From: a virus
Taxonomy: Duplodnaviria; Caudoviricetes
Reading direction: 5' to 3' (one strand)
Length of the DNA stretch: 64,000 bases
Virus record (IMG/VR): IMGVR_UViG_3300032330_001398
The position numbers and the translations under genes were made by a program. This document shows positions 48,737 through 58,594 of the stretch, in pieces (the first letter of the stretch is position 1; every line of letters starts with the position of its first letter). The notes beneath the pieces were generated by a model, which was given only the letters and a program-made list of their open reading frames with translations, was not told where the DNA came from and made no database searches.

Positions 48737-50050
48737 TTAGATATCCCTTTCTTGACCGTGTATCATCTTCAAAGTGGGGAATCTTAGGCTAATTCCACCA
48801 TCTTGATTCTCTGTCTCTTCAAAATATTGAATTGTTACAGTTTTGTTAAGAATTTTACTCTTATCTTTGTAGAATGATTGCCTTTCTTCGATAGTAAATC
48901 CACTACCAACGTCTACTTTATATCCCTTATGGTCTATAGTTATATTTGATAACATAATTTCTTCGCACTCTTGACCATCTTTAACATAACGAAATGGCCC
49001 GAATGAAACATCTTGAACAATATATTCATCGTCAAAGAATGTTTTATACTTGAGCAAATCTTTACTGCGTTTGCCTTTATACGGTTCATCGGCCCGCAGC
49101 ATTAGACCTTCCCAGCCCTTATTACTAGCCTCTTTTACAAGTTCTTGGAAATGAGATTCATCTTTAACAATGGTCTGCTCAAGCTGAACTAGGCACTTGT
49201 TCTTATTATCTTGGTTAATTACGTATTCCAAGTTTTTAACTCTAATACTAAATGGCCTGTTGCTACTACCCTTCTGAGAATAAAACTCATCATGGGTAAG
49301 CATATCAAATATTTTATATACAGGATTGGGGATGATATGATCTTTCTTACGAAGTTCTTTCATTACGCCTTGAAAGTCCTCTACCCCATCTTCATCAACC
49401 AAGCAAAGTTCACCATCTAGGACTACGTTAACAAGTCCCAAAGAGCGAATAGCATCATGCACGATGTTAAGTGTGTCAAACACTTTTCCCGTTCTAGAGT
49501 AGAAAGTTGAGTTACCCTTATCATCGACAATAGCAATACACCTAGCCCCATCAATTTTACGACTAGCATACCAGCCATCCTTCCAATTTACAATTTTAGT
49601 AGCATACTTATCTGCCAACGCAACGCTAAACGTAGGAATAAAATCTGGGAGAGCTTTGTTAATAAGCTTATCTCCAGCCCTAGTTTTCAAATCTTTATCA
49701 ATAATACAGTGAATGAGTTCTTCATATTCTCTTTGATTATCAATAAAACTATTCACCGCTCCGATAGCATCGTGACCAGTTATAGTTCTATTCTTCAAAG
49801 CATTTAGCAAATCAAATATAGACTCATAAACATTTCCACGCAAATGACTTTTCTTTTTCAAGTTATCGCTAGTGACATTATATTGCCACAGAGGATGGTA
49901 TGTGTAGAGCAAAATCTTTTTAATAAAATAAGCACCCTCGTTGTTATGGGCGGCATAATCTTTAATAATGTTTACCTTATCAATAGTGCTGCTGGTAGCC
50001 CTAAGATCACGAACAAAACCATGCAGATGCTCAAAACTTTGGTGGGTCAT
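48737..50050 (-). CDS. ATP-dependent DNA ligase
   Basis: KIDGAR (motif I), LDGEL, IFD, WEGLMLR, LLKYK, VGSGF, LRFP. Confidence 0.95.
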   Translation of the reverse strand: MTHQSFEHLHGFVRDLRATSSTIDKVNIIKDYAAHNNEGAYFIKKILLYTYHPLWQYNVTSDNLKKKSHLRGNVYESIFDLLNALKNRTITGHDAIGAVNSFIDNQREYEELIHCIIDKDLKTRAGDKLINKALPDFIPTFSVALADKYATKIVNWKDGWYASRKIDGARCIAIVDDKGNSTFYSRTGKVFDTLNIVHDAIRSLGLVNVVLDGELCLVDEDGVEDFQGVMKELRKKDHIIPNPVYKIFDMLTHDEFYSQKGSSNRPFSIRVKNLEYVINQDNKNKCLVQLEQTIVKDESHFQELVKEASNKGWEGLMLRADEPYKGKRSKDLLKYKTFFDDEYIVQDVSFGPFRYVKDGQECEEIMLSNITIDHKGYKVDVGSGFTIEERQSFYKDKSKILNKTVTIQYFEETENQDGGISLRFPTLKMIHGQERDI

Positions 50051-51704
50051 ATTTTTCCTTGTATGCTAATTGATAGTCTAACCATTTATTATCGGTTAGA
50101 TCGTTATAGATTGCAAATGCTAACTTGCTTACACTTGTAGTTGTACCACATCGTTCTGGCTTGTCAAGCTTAAACCAAGAGTACCCATTGCTTTTCGTCA
50201 CTGAGTACCCTTGGTCTTTAGCCCATTTTCTAACTTCGTTCCAAGTCATTTGTCACTACTATACGAGTCGGGATTATATTCATCAAGTTCAAACACATTC
50301 TTAAAACATTCAAACAAATTCTTGGTTCTAATCCTATGAATAATAGCTAAACCTATTAGGGCATTTGCTAATTCATCTAGGGTAAGCTGTTCTTCAAGAA
50401 TACCACAAGCAATCATCTCTAGTTCATCAGCAATATTATCAGACTTCATAATCTGATCTTCTAAATCAAAACGGTCCATAAAGTTCTCCTTAAGTATAAA
50501 GTCTAGAATATTCGCCCTGTATATCACTCACAAAATCTGGTTTATTAGTATTATCTGGTCCAGTTATGTATTCATCTGGAACAGACTTATAAACACCTTT
50601 TAATTTAGCTTCTTCCCAATCAAGACAACCGTAACGACTCCAATACAAATACTTAAAACCTTGATAGCTTTTAGTTTCAGCCAAAAGCTTTTCCATCAAA
50701 ATACATAGCTTTTGTTTTGTGGATTGTGGGATGCGAGTCCCAAGCATATCATTAACGGTATTTTTAGTGTGGGTAAGAAAATCAATCGATACTTGTTTCC
50801 TTAGTTTCGTCTTGGTTGTCATTTCCATTCTCCTCTTCATTGATAGTTAAATACGGAACCCATCCTGTTTCTTCATCATCTTCACCAAGCAATAGTTCTG
50901 TAACACTTGCTCCATATTCTGATCCATTATCATAATCATAAACATTTACTTCAGAATCAAGAAAAGATTCATCTTGATGTTCTATATATTCTTTAAGTTC
51001 TCTCCAAGTCATTCGAACCCCCGTTTGTCTTAATTGTAATTGAATGTTCATTTCCATGTTCTCCTGAGTGTTATTCTAGTTTATCATATCGTCAAACTAG
51101 TGTCAAGAGCTTGAAACTTCTTCTTTTTTTTCTTCAATCTCGACTCTTTGAGATATATTTGCGTAACGATTTGGGTCCGCTAAACCATCATTAATACGAT
51201 TAAGAAAGGTGATATAATATCCAATATCATCTTTACAAAGAACTTGATTTTCATTTAGTGTGATATTTTTAAAATTAGAATGATCAACAACCATATCCGC
51301 TGTACTTCCAAAATGAGTTTTAGTTGTGACAACGTGACCAGTAAAATGCTTTGGAGCTTTATAGAGTTTCTTAGCCATTTTTAATCCTTTTTATAAGAGA
51401 ATACCATACAATTTTTTTCATCATCCCAATAAGTTTCAACAGAGTCTAAAGAGGCTAATTTAGCCAATTCAATTCCTAATACCCACGTATTAATTTCTTC
51501 ACATATTTTATGAAGTATTTTGTAGTTTATTAAATAGTCATCATGCTCATCCTGCAAAGCATATTGTTTAATTATATTCTTTATCTCTTTTACTGTTATG
51601 TATTCTTTGAATTTACACAGTGGTATTTTTCTTTGTTTAGCAATATCTTTTCCAAGGTGTTTTGCAGCATGTGTTAGATTTTTAATTTTAACTAGATTAT
51701 CCAT
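50031..51704 (-). other. Run of small hypothetical genes (50031-50249, 50246-~50479, 50490-50840, 50782-~51012, 51103-51378, 51381-51704)
   Basis: Coupled minus-strand ORFs, several with AGGAG RBS. Confidence 0.55.
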
Positions 51705-51713
51705 AAAGTCTCC

Positions 51714-52625
51714 TTAAACTGTAATCAGTTGATTATATTTTTCTATAGCTTTGTCTTTCATCTTTAGTTCAAAATCTATATCAAAATCAAGACCATATGT
51801 ATTGAATATATTATTAGCATAATCAGCGTGCGCCCGTGGATTATTACCGGGGCGACTTTCACTATAGTGGAATAGTGGTTTATAATCGCCCCACGATCTA
51901 TAGCAAGCGTTTATAGCCCTTTCCTCATCTATACCGTGTGGATGGCAGGCATGATGTAAATAATCAAAAGTGATAGGTATTGATGTGATATCATGTATTT
52001 GGTGAATTAGTTCTATAACACTCCAACAGTTGAGCTTATCATCATTTTCTAGCACAATTCTACTTTTGCAATTATCATCAAGGCGATCATAATTAGTAAT
52101 AAATCTGTTAAGTATTTCGTTATATGTGCCAGACTTATTATGAACGTGGATATTCATTGGGGAGCGATAGTCTGCTGGACAACCTATGCGATCCATGAAA
52201 GAGGAATAGAAATTAAGCTCTGTGATAGTCTTGTCAACAGCTTGACTATTAAGAGATGCTAATACGTTGAATTCGCTAGGGTGGCAGGATACACGAACAT
52301 TAGTAGATTTAATAGTTTGTTCGATGTTGTCCATTTCGTCTTGAATATCATCGTAATTAGGTAGATCGTCTAATTCTATATTAGCTTCATCATATGTTAT
52401 AAGAGGAAATAAATCGCTACTAATTCTATAAACATAATCACGCTCACCGCAATATTGGATGATTTTATTAGTTGTGATCATATTATTAAGAATACGGTCG
52501 CCCAAGATAGACAACGCTTCTTGTCTGGGTAGACTAGAGAATCTTTTAAATGTCATAGTTTGGAACTTAACTGGCTCGTCTTGTTCCTGCAAATTAAGAC
52601 TGATGCAACATAAACCGTATTTCAT
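51714..52625 (-). CDS. uvsE: UV-damage endonuclease
   Basis: YRISSDLFP, SCHP, LENDDK, FDYLHH, FHYSE, RAHADY, ELKMKD. Confidence 0.92.
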   Translation of the reverse strand: MKYGLCCISLNLQEQDEPVKFQTMTFKRFSSLPRQEALSILGDRILNNMITTNKIIQYCGERDYVYRISSDLFPLITYDEANIELDDLPNYDDIQDEMDNIEQTIKSTNVRVSCHPSEFNVLASLNSQAVDKTITELNFYSSFMDRIGCPADYRSPMNIHVHNKSGTYNEILNRFITNYDRLDDNCKSRIVLENDDKLNCWSVIELIHQIHDITSIPITFDYLHHACHPHGIDEERAINACYRSWGDYKPLFHYSESRPGNNPRAHADYANNIFNTYGLDFDIDFELKMKDKAIEKYNQLITV

Positions 52626-52656
52626 ATATACCTTTCAAAAAGTAGTGCCTCTACCT

Positions 52657-52684
52657 ATTATACATCGGTAAAGGCACTTGTCAA
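52657..52684 (-). promoter_or_regulatory. Sigma70-like promoter for uvsE
   Basis: TTGACA-N16 (contains CCGATG)-TATAAT. Confidence 0.72.
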
Positions 52685-52698
52685 CTTAAAACGTTCTT

Positions 52699-52944
52699 CT
52701 AGCTTTGATTCTTTTTCCAAGAGAAGAGATTATTTAGATAGGCTTTTCTTTTGGTGCAATTACATTCTTGAAGATTAAACCAAGCCTTAAATCTTTCCTG
52801 AGTTATACCCATAGTTGTTAGTGTGCTTTCCACAACATCGCCCAACCCTATTCTATTTGGATCAGTATGGCTATTTGGTTGGATACCTTGTTTCTCTAAT
52901 TCCTGTATCACAACGTCCATTTCATGTTTTATATCTTCGTGCAT
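52699..52944 (-). CDS. Hypothetical phage protein
   Basis: GLGDVVE...CNC.KRK..LN motif. Confidence 0.6.
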   Translation of the reverse strand: MHEDIKHEMDVVIQELEKQGIQPNSHTDPNRIGLGDVVESTLTTMGITQERFKAWFNLQECNCTKRKAYLNNLFSWKKNQS

Positions 52945-53299
52945 AGTGATACTCCATAAATGTTATTTTTCTTTTTTATTTGTGGGTTATTTTCCCACTT
53001 AATCCCCTTTTCTATATTTTCCTTTGGGCTTGTAACCCATAAAATACGTGTTACAATAGCTCAAAATGGTCCTAAAACGGATAGTTATTTCTTATCGTCA
53101 AAAGTCATACTTATACATGAAAACAAGACTATACATATATACAATATACTACCATACATGAATACATCTAAGATCACATTCGTGGATAGGTAATTCATTG
53201 ATATTAACGTGGCTAATTCACATAATAAAATAATATTCGATATTCTTCAGATTTTCAGGAGGTATAGAGGGTAGTATGAGTACATGGTGTATAGGTAGA

Positions 53300-53572
53300 C
53301 TAGGAGATTTTCCTATTACGTAGAGCATAGTCTATGGTTGTTATGTATTGATCTACTTGGTGAGGCGTTAGCTCCTTACCATTAATAGCAAGGGCATACC
53401 TATATTGTAATCTTTGTTGCTTTGTCATTAGTGTTATATCATGTAGTTCATTTAGTTTGTTCTTGTCGTTCATAGCTGTTATAGATTTAAATAGTCTATA
53501 GGATTCCTCATTTTTATATTTCTCGTCATATATCTCAGACATATAATCAAAGAATTCTCGTTTGGTAGCCAT
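53300..53572 (-). CDS. Hypothetical protein
   Basis: AGGAG RBS, 90 aa. Confidence 0.55.
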   Translation of the reverse strand: MATKREFFDYMSEIYDEKYKNEESYRLFKSITAMNDKNKLNELHDITLMTKQQRLQYRYALAINGKELTPHQVDQYITTIDYALRNRKIS

Positions 53573-53669
53573 AATTATCTCCTATAATAATTGGGCGATT
53601 TTGACCCAATTTGTCTCAGAATAGGGGCGACTTAGTATATAAAATAGTGTTAAAAGGTGATATTACGGT

Positions 53670-54101
53670 TTATGCTCTAATTGGCATATTTACCTTAATA
53701 AGTTTATGAGGACTACGATACATGTTATCTATGAGTGAAGATTGTATTTCTTCTCCCATATAGATATACCCATAACCACCATTTGAACTATGTACGACCA
53801 AGCCATTATGGTCATGTTTAAATACTGTATATACTCCAGCATCACTCATATACATACGTTCGCCAAGATCGTTAATATAATAGTTACCAGATCGCCCAAT
53901 GACCTTGATGGTATCACCAACAACAAGAGTCTTCCAATCTGCGATCTCTTCAAACTTCTTGGGGCGCTTAGTTTTAAACTTATTCTTCTTAGTTATAGAA
54001 GCAGGAACAAATTCAAAATTGCACTTTTTACAATTGTGTGATCGTGCGCCATTAATCTCCTGACAATTCTTACAAAGTTTTTGACCACGTTTCAGTTTCA
54101 T
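53670..54101 (-). CDS. Zinc-ribbon + SH3-like hypothetical protein
   Basis: CKNC..CKKC N-terminus. Confidence 0.6.
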   Translation of the reverse strand: MKLKRGQKLCKNCQEINGARSHNCKKCNFEFVPASITKKNKFKTKRPKKFEEIADWKTLVVGDTIKVIGRSGNYYINDLGERMYMSDAGVYTVFKHDHNGLVVHSSNGGYGYIYMGEEIQSSLIDNMYRSPHKLIKVNMPIRA

Positions 54102-54132
54102 ATATAGTTCCTATAGTGTAAAAATACAAATC

Positions 54133-54253
54133 TCACTGACTACCAGTAGCGGCCAGATCTGTTTAATTTGGGAAGTACGTAGTGTACTATACCACAATCT
54201 TAACAACTTGTCAAGAGAGAAGTTCACTGACTACCAGTACAGGCCAGAACTGT
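54133..54253. repeat. Two 30-bp direct repeats (54133-54162, 54224-54253) flanking a promoter
   Basis: TCACTGACTACCAGTA(GC/CA)GGCCAGA(T/A)CTGT; TTGACA-N17-TATAGT lies between them (54186-54214, minus). Confidence 0.85.
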
Positions 54254-54273
54254 ATAAATAAGGTAAGACAGTA

Positions 54274-54884
54274 TTACCACATCTTATGTTTCTTATTTTT
54301 AGATTCAACTGGCGGCTCGTTGCCCATAAGAATTTCTAATGATCCTACTTCATTAAGTTTAGCAAAGTAACTATTAGAAATACGTTGCTTGGTTAGACCC
54401 TCTTCTTCATGCTTAGTATATACGTTAATACGATATTTATTATCATAAACATTGGTCGCCTTACACATCATATAATGTTCGGGCTTAGATACTATTTTAA
54501 AAAGTTGGTAGCATATATCATTAGACTCATCATAAATCGGGGTTGGTGTTAAATCTTTAGTTTTGGCCATCATTATTCCTTTGCTGCTGATACTATGTTG
54601 ACTGTTCCAATAAACGGCTTTAGTTTATAATCTTTGAGGTTGGTTGTTGTTCCCACTCTCATTAAATTATCTGAATGTATAACTACTCCCTCATGGAGCT
54701 TATCCGTTAACATCCATACAATCTCTTTCTTATCTTCACTCTCCCATTTTACTAAACTACCCATAACATTATTTTTCACATTCTCGCTGACTGTATCTCC
54801 ATAACTTGAACTGTTTGTATTGGGAGATACAAGGGCGTTCTGTATTGAAATTCCCAGATTATCTAGATTGCCTATCTTTTCCAT
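54274..54884 (-). other. Two hypothetical genes (54274-54573, 54573-54884)
   Basis: Coupled ORFs with GGAGG RBS. Confidence 0.55.
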
Positions 54885-54927
54885 CTTATCGTTCCTCCTA
54901 TGCTTCCATCATACACTATCGACACAC

Positions 54928-55067
54928 TTGACGCAAGTACTTGAGACTAAAGGACTTACGTTCAATCACATATAGACTTGACGTAAACCCTTATCGAATA
55001 AGGATTTATATTCAATTTCGCCCGCCCCGCTTGCCGTAAACCCTTATGGGATACGGACTTACAGCGA
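54928..55067. repeat. Paired-palindrome element, copy 1 (three palindromes)
   Basis: Cores at 54933, 54983, 55036 matching GTAARYCCTT-N7-AAGGRYTTAC; linker contains GCCCGCCCCGCT. Confidence 0.88.
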
Positions 55068-55097
55068 GAACCAGCTTCCCAAGATTTTGAGAGAGTA

Positions 55098-55140
55098 GGG
55101 AACCGGCAGGATAATCTATTGATAATGTCCTACCGGCCCC
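55098..55140 (-). terminator. Long GC hairpin downstream of the DUF932-like gene
   Basis: Minus strand GGGGCCGGTAGGA...TCCTGCCGGTTCC. Confidence 0.55.
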
Positions 55141-55161
55141 TTTCCCCTCCCACTATTATAC

Positions 55162-56361
55162 TCAGGCAGTCAGAGCGAAAACCTTATCATAATCTTTCTG
55201 AGTAAAGGTATCCGCACGACGCAGAACGCTATTCCATTGTGAGGAATCCATCTGTGCCAGACCGCCAGCGATCTCATCGAATCGCACCCACTCCTTATTA
55301 CTAAACTTCTGGCCTGCACGGGTCAGACCGTTGATGATACCGAACAGCGTACCCTGCTCAGATTCGTAGGTGATAAACTGCTCAAGGAATTCCGTTGCTT
55401 CCTTCTTACTAAGTTTATAATCCGACGAAACACTAGCGATAACACTCTTAGCGGAAGTCTTACCAAGTTCCAGCGAACGGGTTTCCAGAAACTTCTTGAT
55501 ACTAGGAGCAAGCAGCGGAATCTGATGCTGGATATTCATAGCAATTTCCAACTTCAGAGCGGCGAGGTCGATATTGCCACGATGAACGCGACGAATCTTC
55601 TCACCGGCAGTTTGACCCCAGATACAACCGTTCATGCAGATAGCACGAAACAGGCTGGGCGTTTGCGTGATGCGACGAGTGCCGATCTCACAGTTGCCAA
55701 CGCTGATCATGCCACCGTAGTCGCTATCATCCGCACCGTAGTCCATAATGGTATCGGGGATAAGAACATTACCATAGATGGTATCCTCATCGCCACGCCA
55801 GTGGCTGAAACGTCCACCGGGAATAAACTCCCCCAGAACGTCCAGATACCAGCGATTATCAACCGGAGCATACTGCTCAGTCACAAACGCACGACAAGTA
55901 CCATCCGTATAGGTACGGAGTCGGAACTTCTTATCTTGATCAATTCGACGCATAGCGTTGTTACCAACGATAGCCATCGTGTTGCTATCGTTACCATCGA
56001 ACCCTTCGATGTTACGCATCTCACGCAGGAACGATGAACTAGTCACGCCAACGCGAGTGCTGAACTGTTCAAGAGCATGGTCAGTCGGGCGAAACTTGCG
56101 ACCATCTGCCAGCTTGAAATAAAAATCATTACCCTCATTGGTGCAGAAAATATTCTTGATTTCAGTGAGAATATCCTCACGATTATCAATAGCAGTCTGC
56201 GTGTCCTGCTTGACCTGTTCGAAGGTCTTGGTCTTTGCCCACCAATCTTTGTGGACATGACTACCTTCCGCGAAACCCGTACCGGTGTTGCCTTGCAGGG
56301 TACGCACAAACGAACCAGCATCAGAACCAGATTCAATCGTCAACTTATTATAATCGCTCAT
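55162..56361 (-). CDS. DUF932-like protein
   Basis: CRAFVTEQY..VDN, GNCEIG, LFRAICMNGCIW, H.G, LFGIINGLTRAGQ. Confidence 0.72.
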   Translation of the reverse strand: MSDYNKLTIESGSDAGSFVRTLQGNTGTGFAEGSHVHKDWWAKTKTFEQVKQDTQTAIDNREDILTEIKNIFCTNEGNDFYFKLADGRKFRPTDHALEQFSTRVGVTSSSFLREMRNIEGFDGNDSNTMAIVGNNAMRRIDQDKKFRLRTYTDGTCRAFVTEQYAPVDNRWYLDVLGEFIPGGRFSHWRGDEDTIYGNVLIPDTIMDYGADDSDYGGMISVGNCEIGTRRITQTPSLFRAICMNGCIWGQTAGEKIRRVHRGNIDLAALKLEIAMNIQHQIPLLAPSIKKFLETRSLELGKTSAKSVIASVSSDYKLSKKEATEFLEQFITYESEQGTLFGIINGLTRAGQKFSNKEWVRFDEIAGGLAQMDSSQWNSVLRRADTFTQKDYDKVFALTA

Positions 56362-56403
56362 CTCAAAAACTCCTAGTGGGGAAAACCAAACGCTACTTCA
56401 AAT

Positions 56404-56432
56404 ATTATACTACAGGCTATCGATGTTGTCAA
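56404..56432 (-). promoter_or_regulatory. Sigma70-like promoter
   Basis: TTGACA-N17 (contains CGATA)-TATAAT. Confidence 0.75.
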
Positions 56433-56652
56433 CTGGAAACAATCGATCAAAACAACTTCCGCACATTGAACTGATCAAAAGTTCACGCTCACTATCCGAA
56501 AGGTAGGGCATAAGGTCTTGAATAAAACCCGCCTTATTCTTCCATTCGATATAGTCGGTGATCTTGACAAAAATCACATGCTTTGCACCGCACTCGCGGC
56601 ACTTTGCTTCCAAAACCGTGTCGAACGCTTGAATGTTCATTGCTACCATCAT
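56410..56652 (-). CDS. Small Zn-binding hypothetical protein
   Basis: CREC...IQDLMPYLS..ERELLIS.MC..CFD. Confidence 0.6.
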   Translation of the reverse strand: MMVAMNIQAFDTVLEAKCRECGAKHVIFVKITDYIEWKNKAGFIQDLMPYLSDSERELLISSMCGSCFDRLFPVDNIDSL

Positions 56653-56668
56653 TCTCTCCTGTCCACTG

Positions 56669-56696
56669 ATCATACCATACTTATCGTCAGTGTCAA
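56669..56696 (-). promoter_or_regulatory. Sigma70-like promoter
   Basis: TTGACA-N16 (contains CGATA)-TATGAT. Confidence 0.72.
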
Positions 56697-56721
56697 GGGG
56701 GTAGCATTAGAAATAATTTTT

Positions 56722-56811
56722 TTGACGTAAGTTGTTGGTAGATAAGGACTTACGATCAGCGGGGCGGGCCGCGCTTGCCCTAAACCCTTATGGGATAAGG
56801 ACTTGCGGCAA
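56722..56811. repeat. Paired-palindrome element, copy 2
   Basis: Cores at 56727 and 56780; linker AGCGGGGCGGGC. Confidence 0.9.
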
Positions 56812-57141
56812 GTTCAGAGGATGCTAGATTCTCCAGTTTTTTAATTCCGTTTTGAGTTTCTTCTCAATGCCCGTAATGATCTTTTGAACAGGTACACTTA
56901 CTGCATAATCTTTTTTATATGCTGTGATAGCATCTAGGATCTTCCACATTTCATTTGCTGATAGTTCAATGTTACAATTATTCATGGGTTGCCCGTGGTA
57001 TGGTTGGGAGGAAATTGATTACTTTATTAATTACAAAGTTACTTTCTCGCTTTATTCACCTTTATATAGCAATGACCACACAAATATCATAATCATAAGC
57101 TCTATCAATTGATCTCCCTAGAGTGATGAAAACTATCACAG

Positions 57142-57217
57142 TAGGGCGTGTACGAGTCGAACGTACCTATGGACACCTTATAAGAGTGTTGGATGCTACC
57201 GGCTTACCTTACGCCCC
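57142..57217 (-). tRNA. tRNA-Ile(UAU), G1:U72, no encoded CCA
   Basis: GGGGCGT...ACACT-CTTATAA-GGTGT...GTACG-TTCGACT-CGTAC-ACGCCCT-A; own promoter TTGACA-N17-TATAAT at 57238-57266. Confidence 0.82.
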
Positions 57218-57273
57218 GTGAACGAGTGACCCGCACCATTATAGCACGGGCCACTCGCCCTGTCAAGGGAGTA

Positions 57274-57489
57274 TCAACGATAGCAGGACGCTTCGACCAT
57301 CTTAGCAAACAACAGGGTTCGCACAGTATTATCCATAGCACGAACCACAGCATACTTACCATTCGGGCCAGTACCAACACGCTCAACGCGACCGGTATGG
57401 AACTTCAGAATGTTCCTATTACCGTGCAGAGGATACTTGCAACGAACATGGCGATCCTTCTTCAAGCTAGCAAAATTATTCATAATCAT
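57274..57489 (-). CDS. Small SH3/WYL-like hypothetical protein
   Basis: Beta-rich 71 aa, AAGGGAG RBS. Confidence 0.45.
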   Translation of the reverse strand: MIMNNFASLKKDRHVRCKYPLHGNRNILKFHTGRVERVGTGPNGKYAVVRAMDNTVRTLLFAKMVEASCYR

Positions 57490-57661
57490 CTCCCTTAGTT
57501 AGACACCCATCATCTTCTCAACCTGTGCGAAGGTCAACACAACCTTCACGTTATTATCAACAATCACCACACCATCACGCTTGATAGCAGTAACAATACC
57601 TTTGGGCGTTACTGTACCAATTCCAAGAACCTTTGTCATTTCATTCTCCCTGTTGACTAAA

Positions 57662-58033
57662 TCACCACCAGCTATCATACACTACCTTGTTACCATTGTC
57701 AAGCGCATTTCGTGCAGCTTGGATAAACTCAACATCCTGCTGCCTATAAGTATCATCACTATCATCACCAAAGAAGAAACCAACAGTCTGCGGCAAACTA
57801 TTAGATTCAAGAGCCTGTTCTAGACTATCCAAATCTTCCCTAGTAAGTTCAACCGGAACACAGTTGAAATCACTCAGCCCAGCAATATCCTTATCATCGT
57901 GGGCAAAAGGGCGACCCTTGCTTTCCCACAAGTTTTCCATCCACCCTTGAAGATTAGGATGCTTTCTCCAATAACAAATCTCAGTCTTGTTATTATCCTT
58001 ATCGACGGAATAGGCATACTGATCCAAACCCAT
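57662..58033 (-). CDS. Hypothetical phage protein
   Basis: MGLDQY...YWRKHPNLQGWM...GFFFG...YDSWW. Confidence 0.7.
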   Translation of the reverse strand: MGLDQYAYSVDKDNNKTEICYWRKHPNLQGWMENLWESKGRPFAHDDKDIAGLSDFNCVPVELTREDLDSLEQALESNSLPQTVGFFFGDDSDDTYRQQDVEFIQAARNALDNGNKVVYDSWW

Positions 58034-58122
58034 TACATTCTCTCCTTTGGTTTTGCTAGTGTCGAACTAGACTACTACTACTTCATCTAGTATCGACATT
58101 CTAGCAGACAAACTTTAGAAAA

Positions 58123-58389
58123 TCAAGAGGCAGCAACTTCGACCGCAGCTTCGGCCTTGACAGCCTTAGCTTTCTTGGGCGGCTTGGGGTTCAGCGATTC
58201 CTCAGTAACACCAGCGACCCTAGCGCGCCACACCTTGAAACCCTGCTCCTTGAGAGCAAGCGTCTTGACGGGCTTGATAGCCGCGTAGACACCATCATTC
58301 TCAACGTTGGCAATCAACGTCTGAGCAATCGAATCCGTATCAAGCTCACCATCGGTCACAACATCCAGCACAAACGTATACTTATTCAT
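58123..58389 (-). CDS. Hypothetical protein with Lys/Ala-rich tail
   Basis: GAGGA RBS; promoter TTGACT-N16-TAGAAT at 58438-58465. Confidence 0.65.
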   Translation of the reverse strand: MNKYTFVLDVVTDGELDTDSIAQTLIANVENDGVYAAIKPVKTLALKEQGFKVWRARVAGVTEESLNPKPPKKAKAVKAEAAVEVAAS

Positions 58390-58491
58390 AATTAGTCCTC
58401 TTTTCTCTTAGTGTTTATCGTTCCCGTAACTTCAATCATTCTACCATAGTATCGTCCAGAGTCAATAGGGAACTTGAAAAAAAATTTGAGA

Positions 58492-58581
58492 TTGATGTAA
58501 GTCGTTGTGGCGTAAGGACTTACGACGAGCGGGGCGGGCCGGGCTAATCCTAAACCCAAGCGGCATAAGGACTTAGGACTA
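58492..58581. repeat. Paired-palindrome element, copy 3
   Basis: Cores at 58497 and 58550; linker AGCGGGGCGGGC. Confidence 0.9.
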
Positions 58582-58594
58582 GCTCGACCTACGA

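Noticed and set aside
54133-54253. CRISPR array (30-bp repeats, Cas4-like nuclease at the window start)
   Set aside because: Only two repeats, the 61-bp interval is a promoter, and the nuclease sits in the replication operon with no cas genes.
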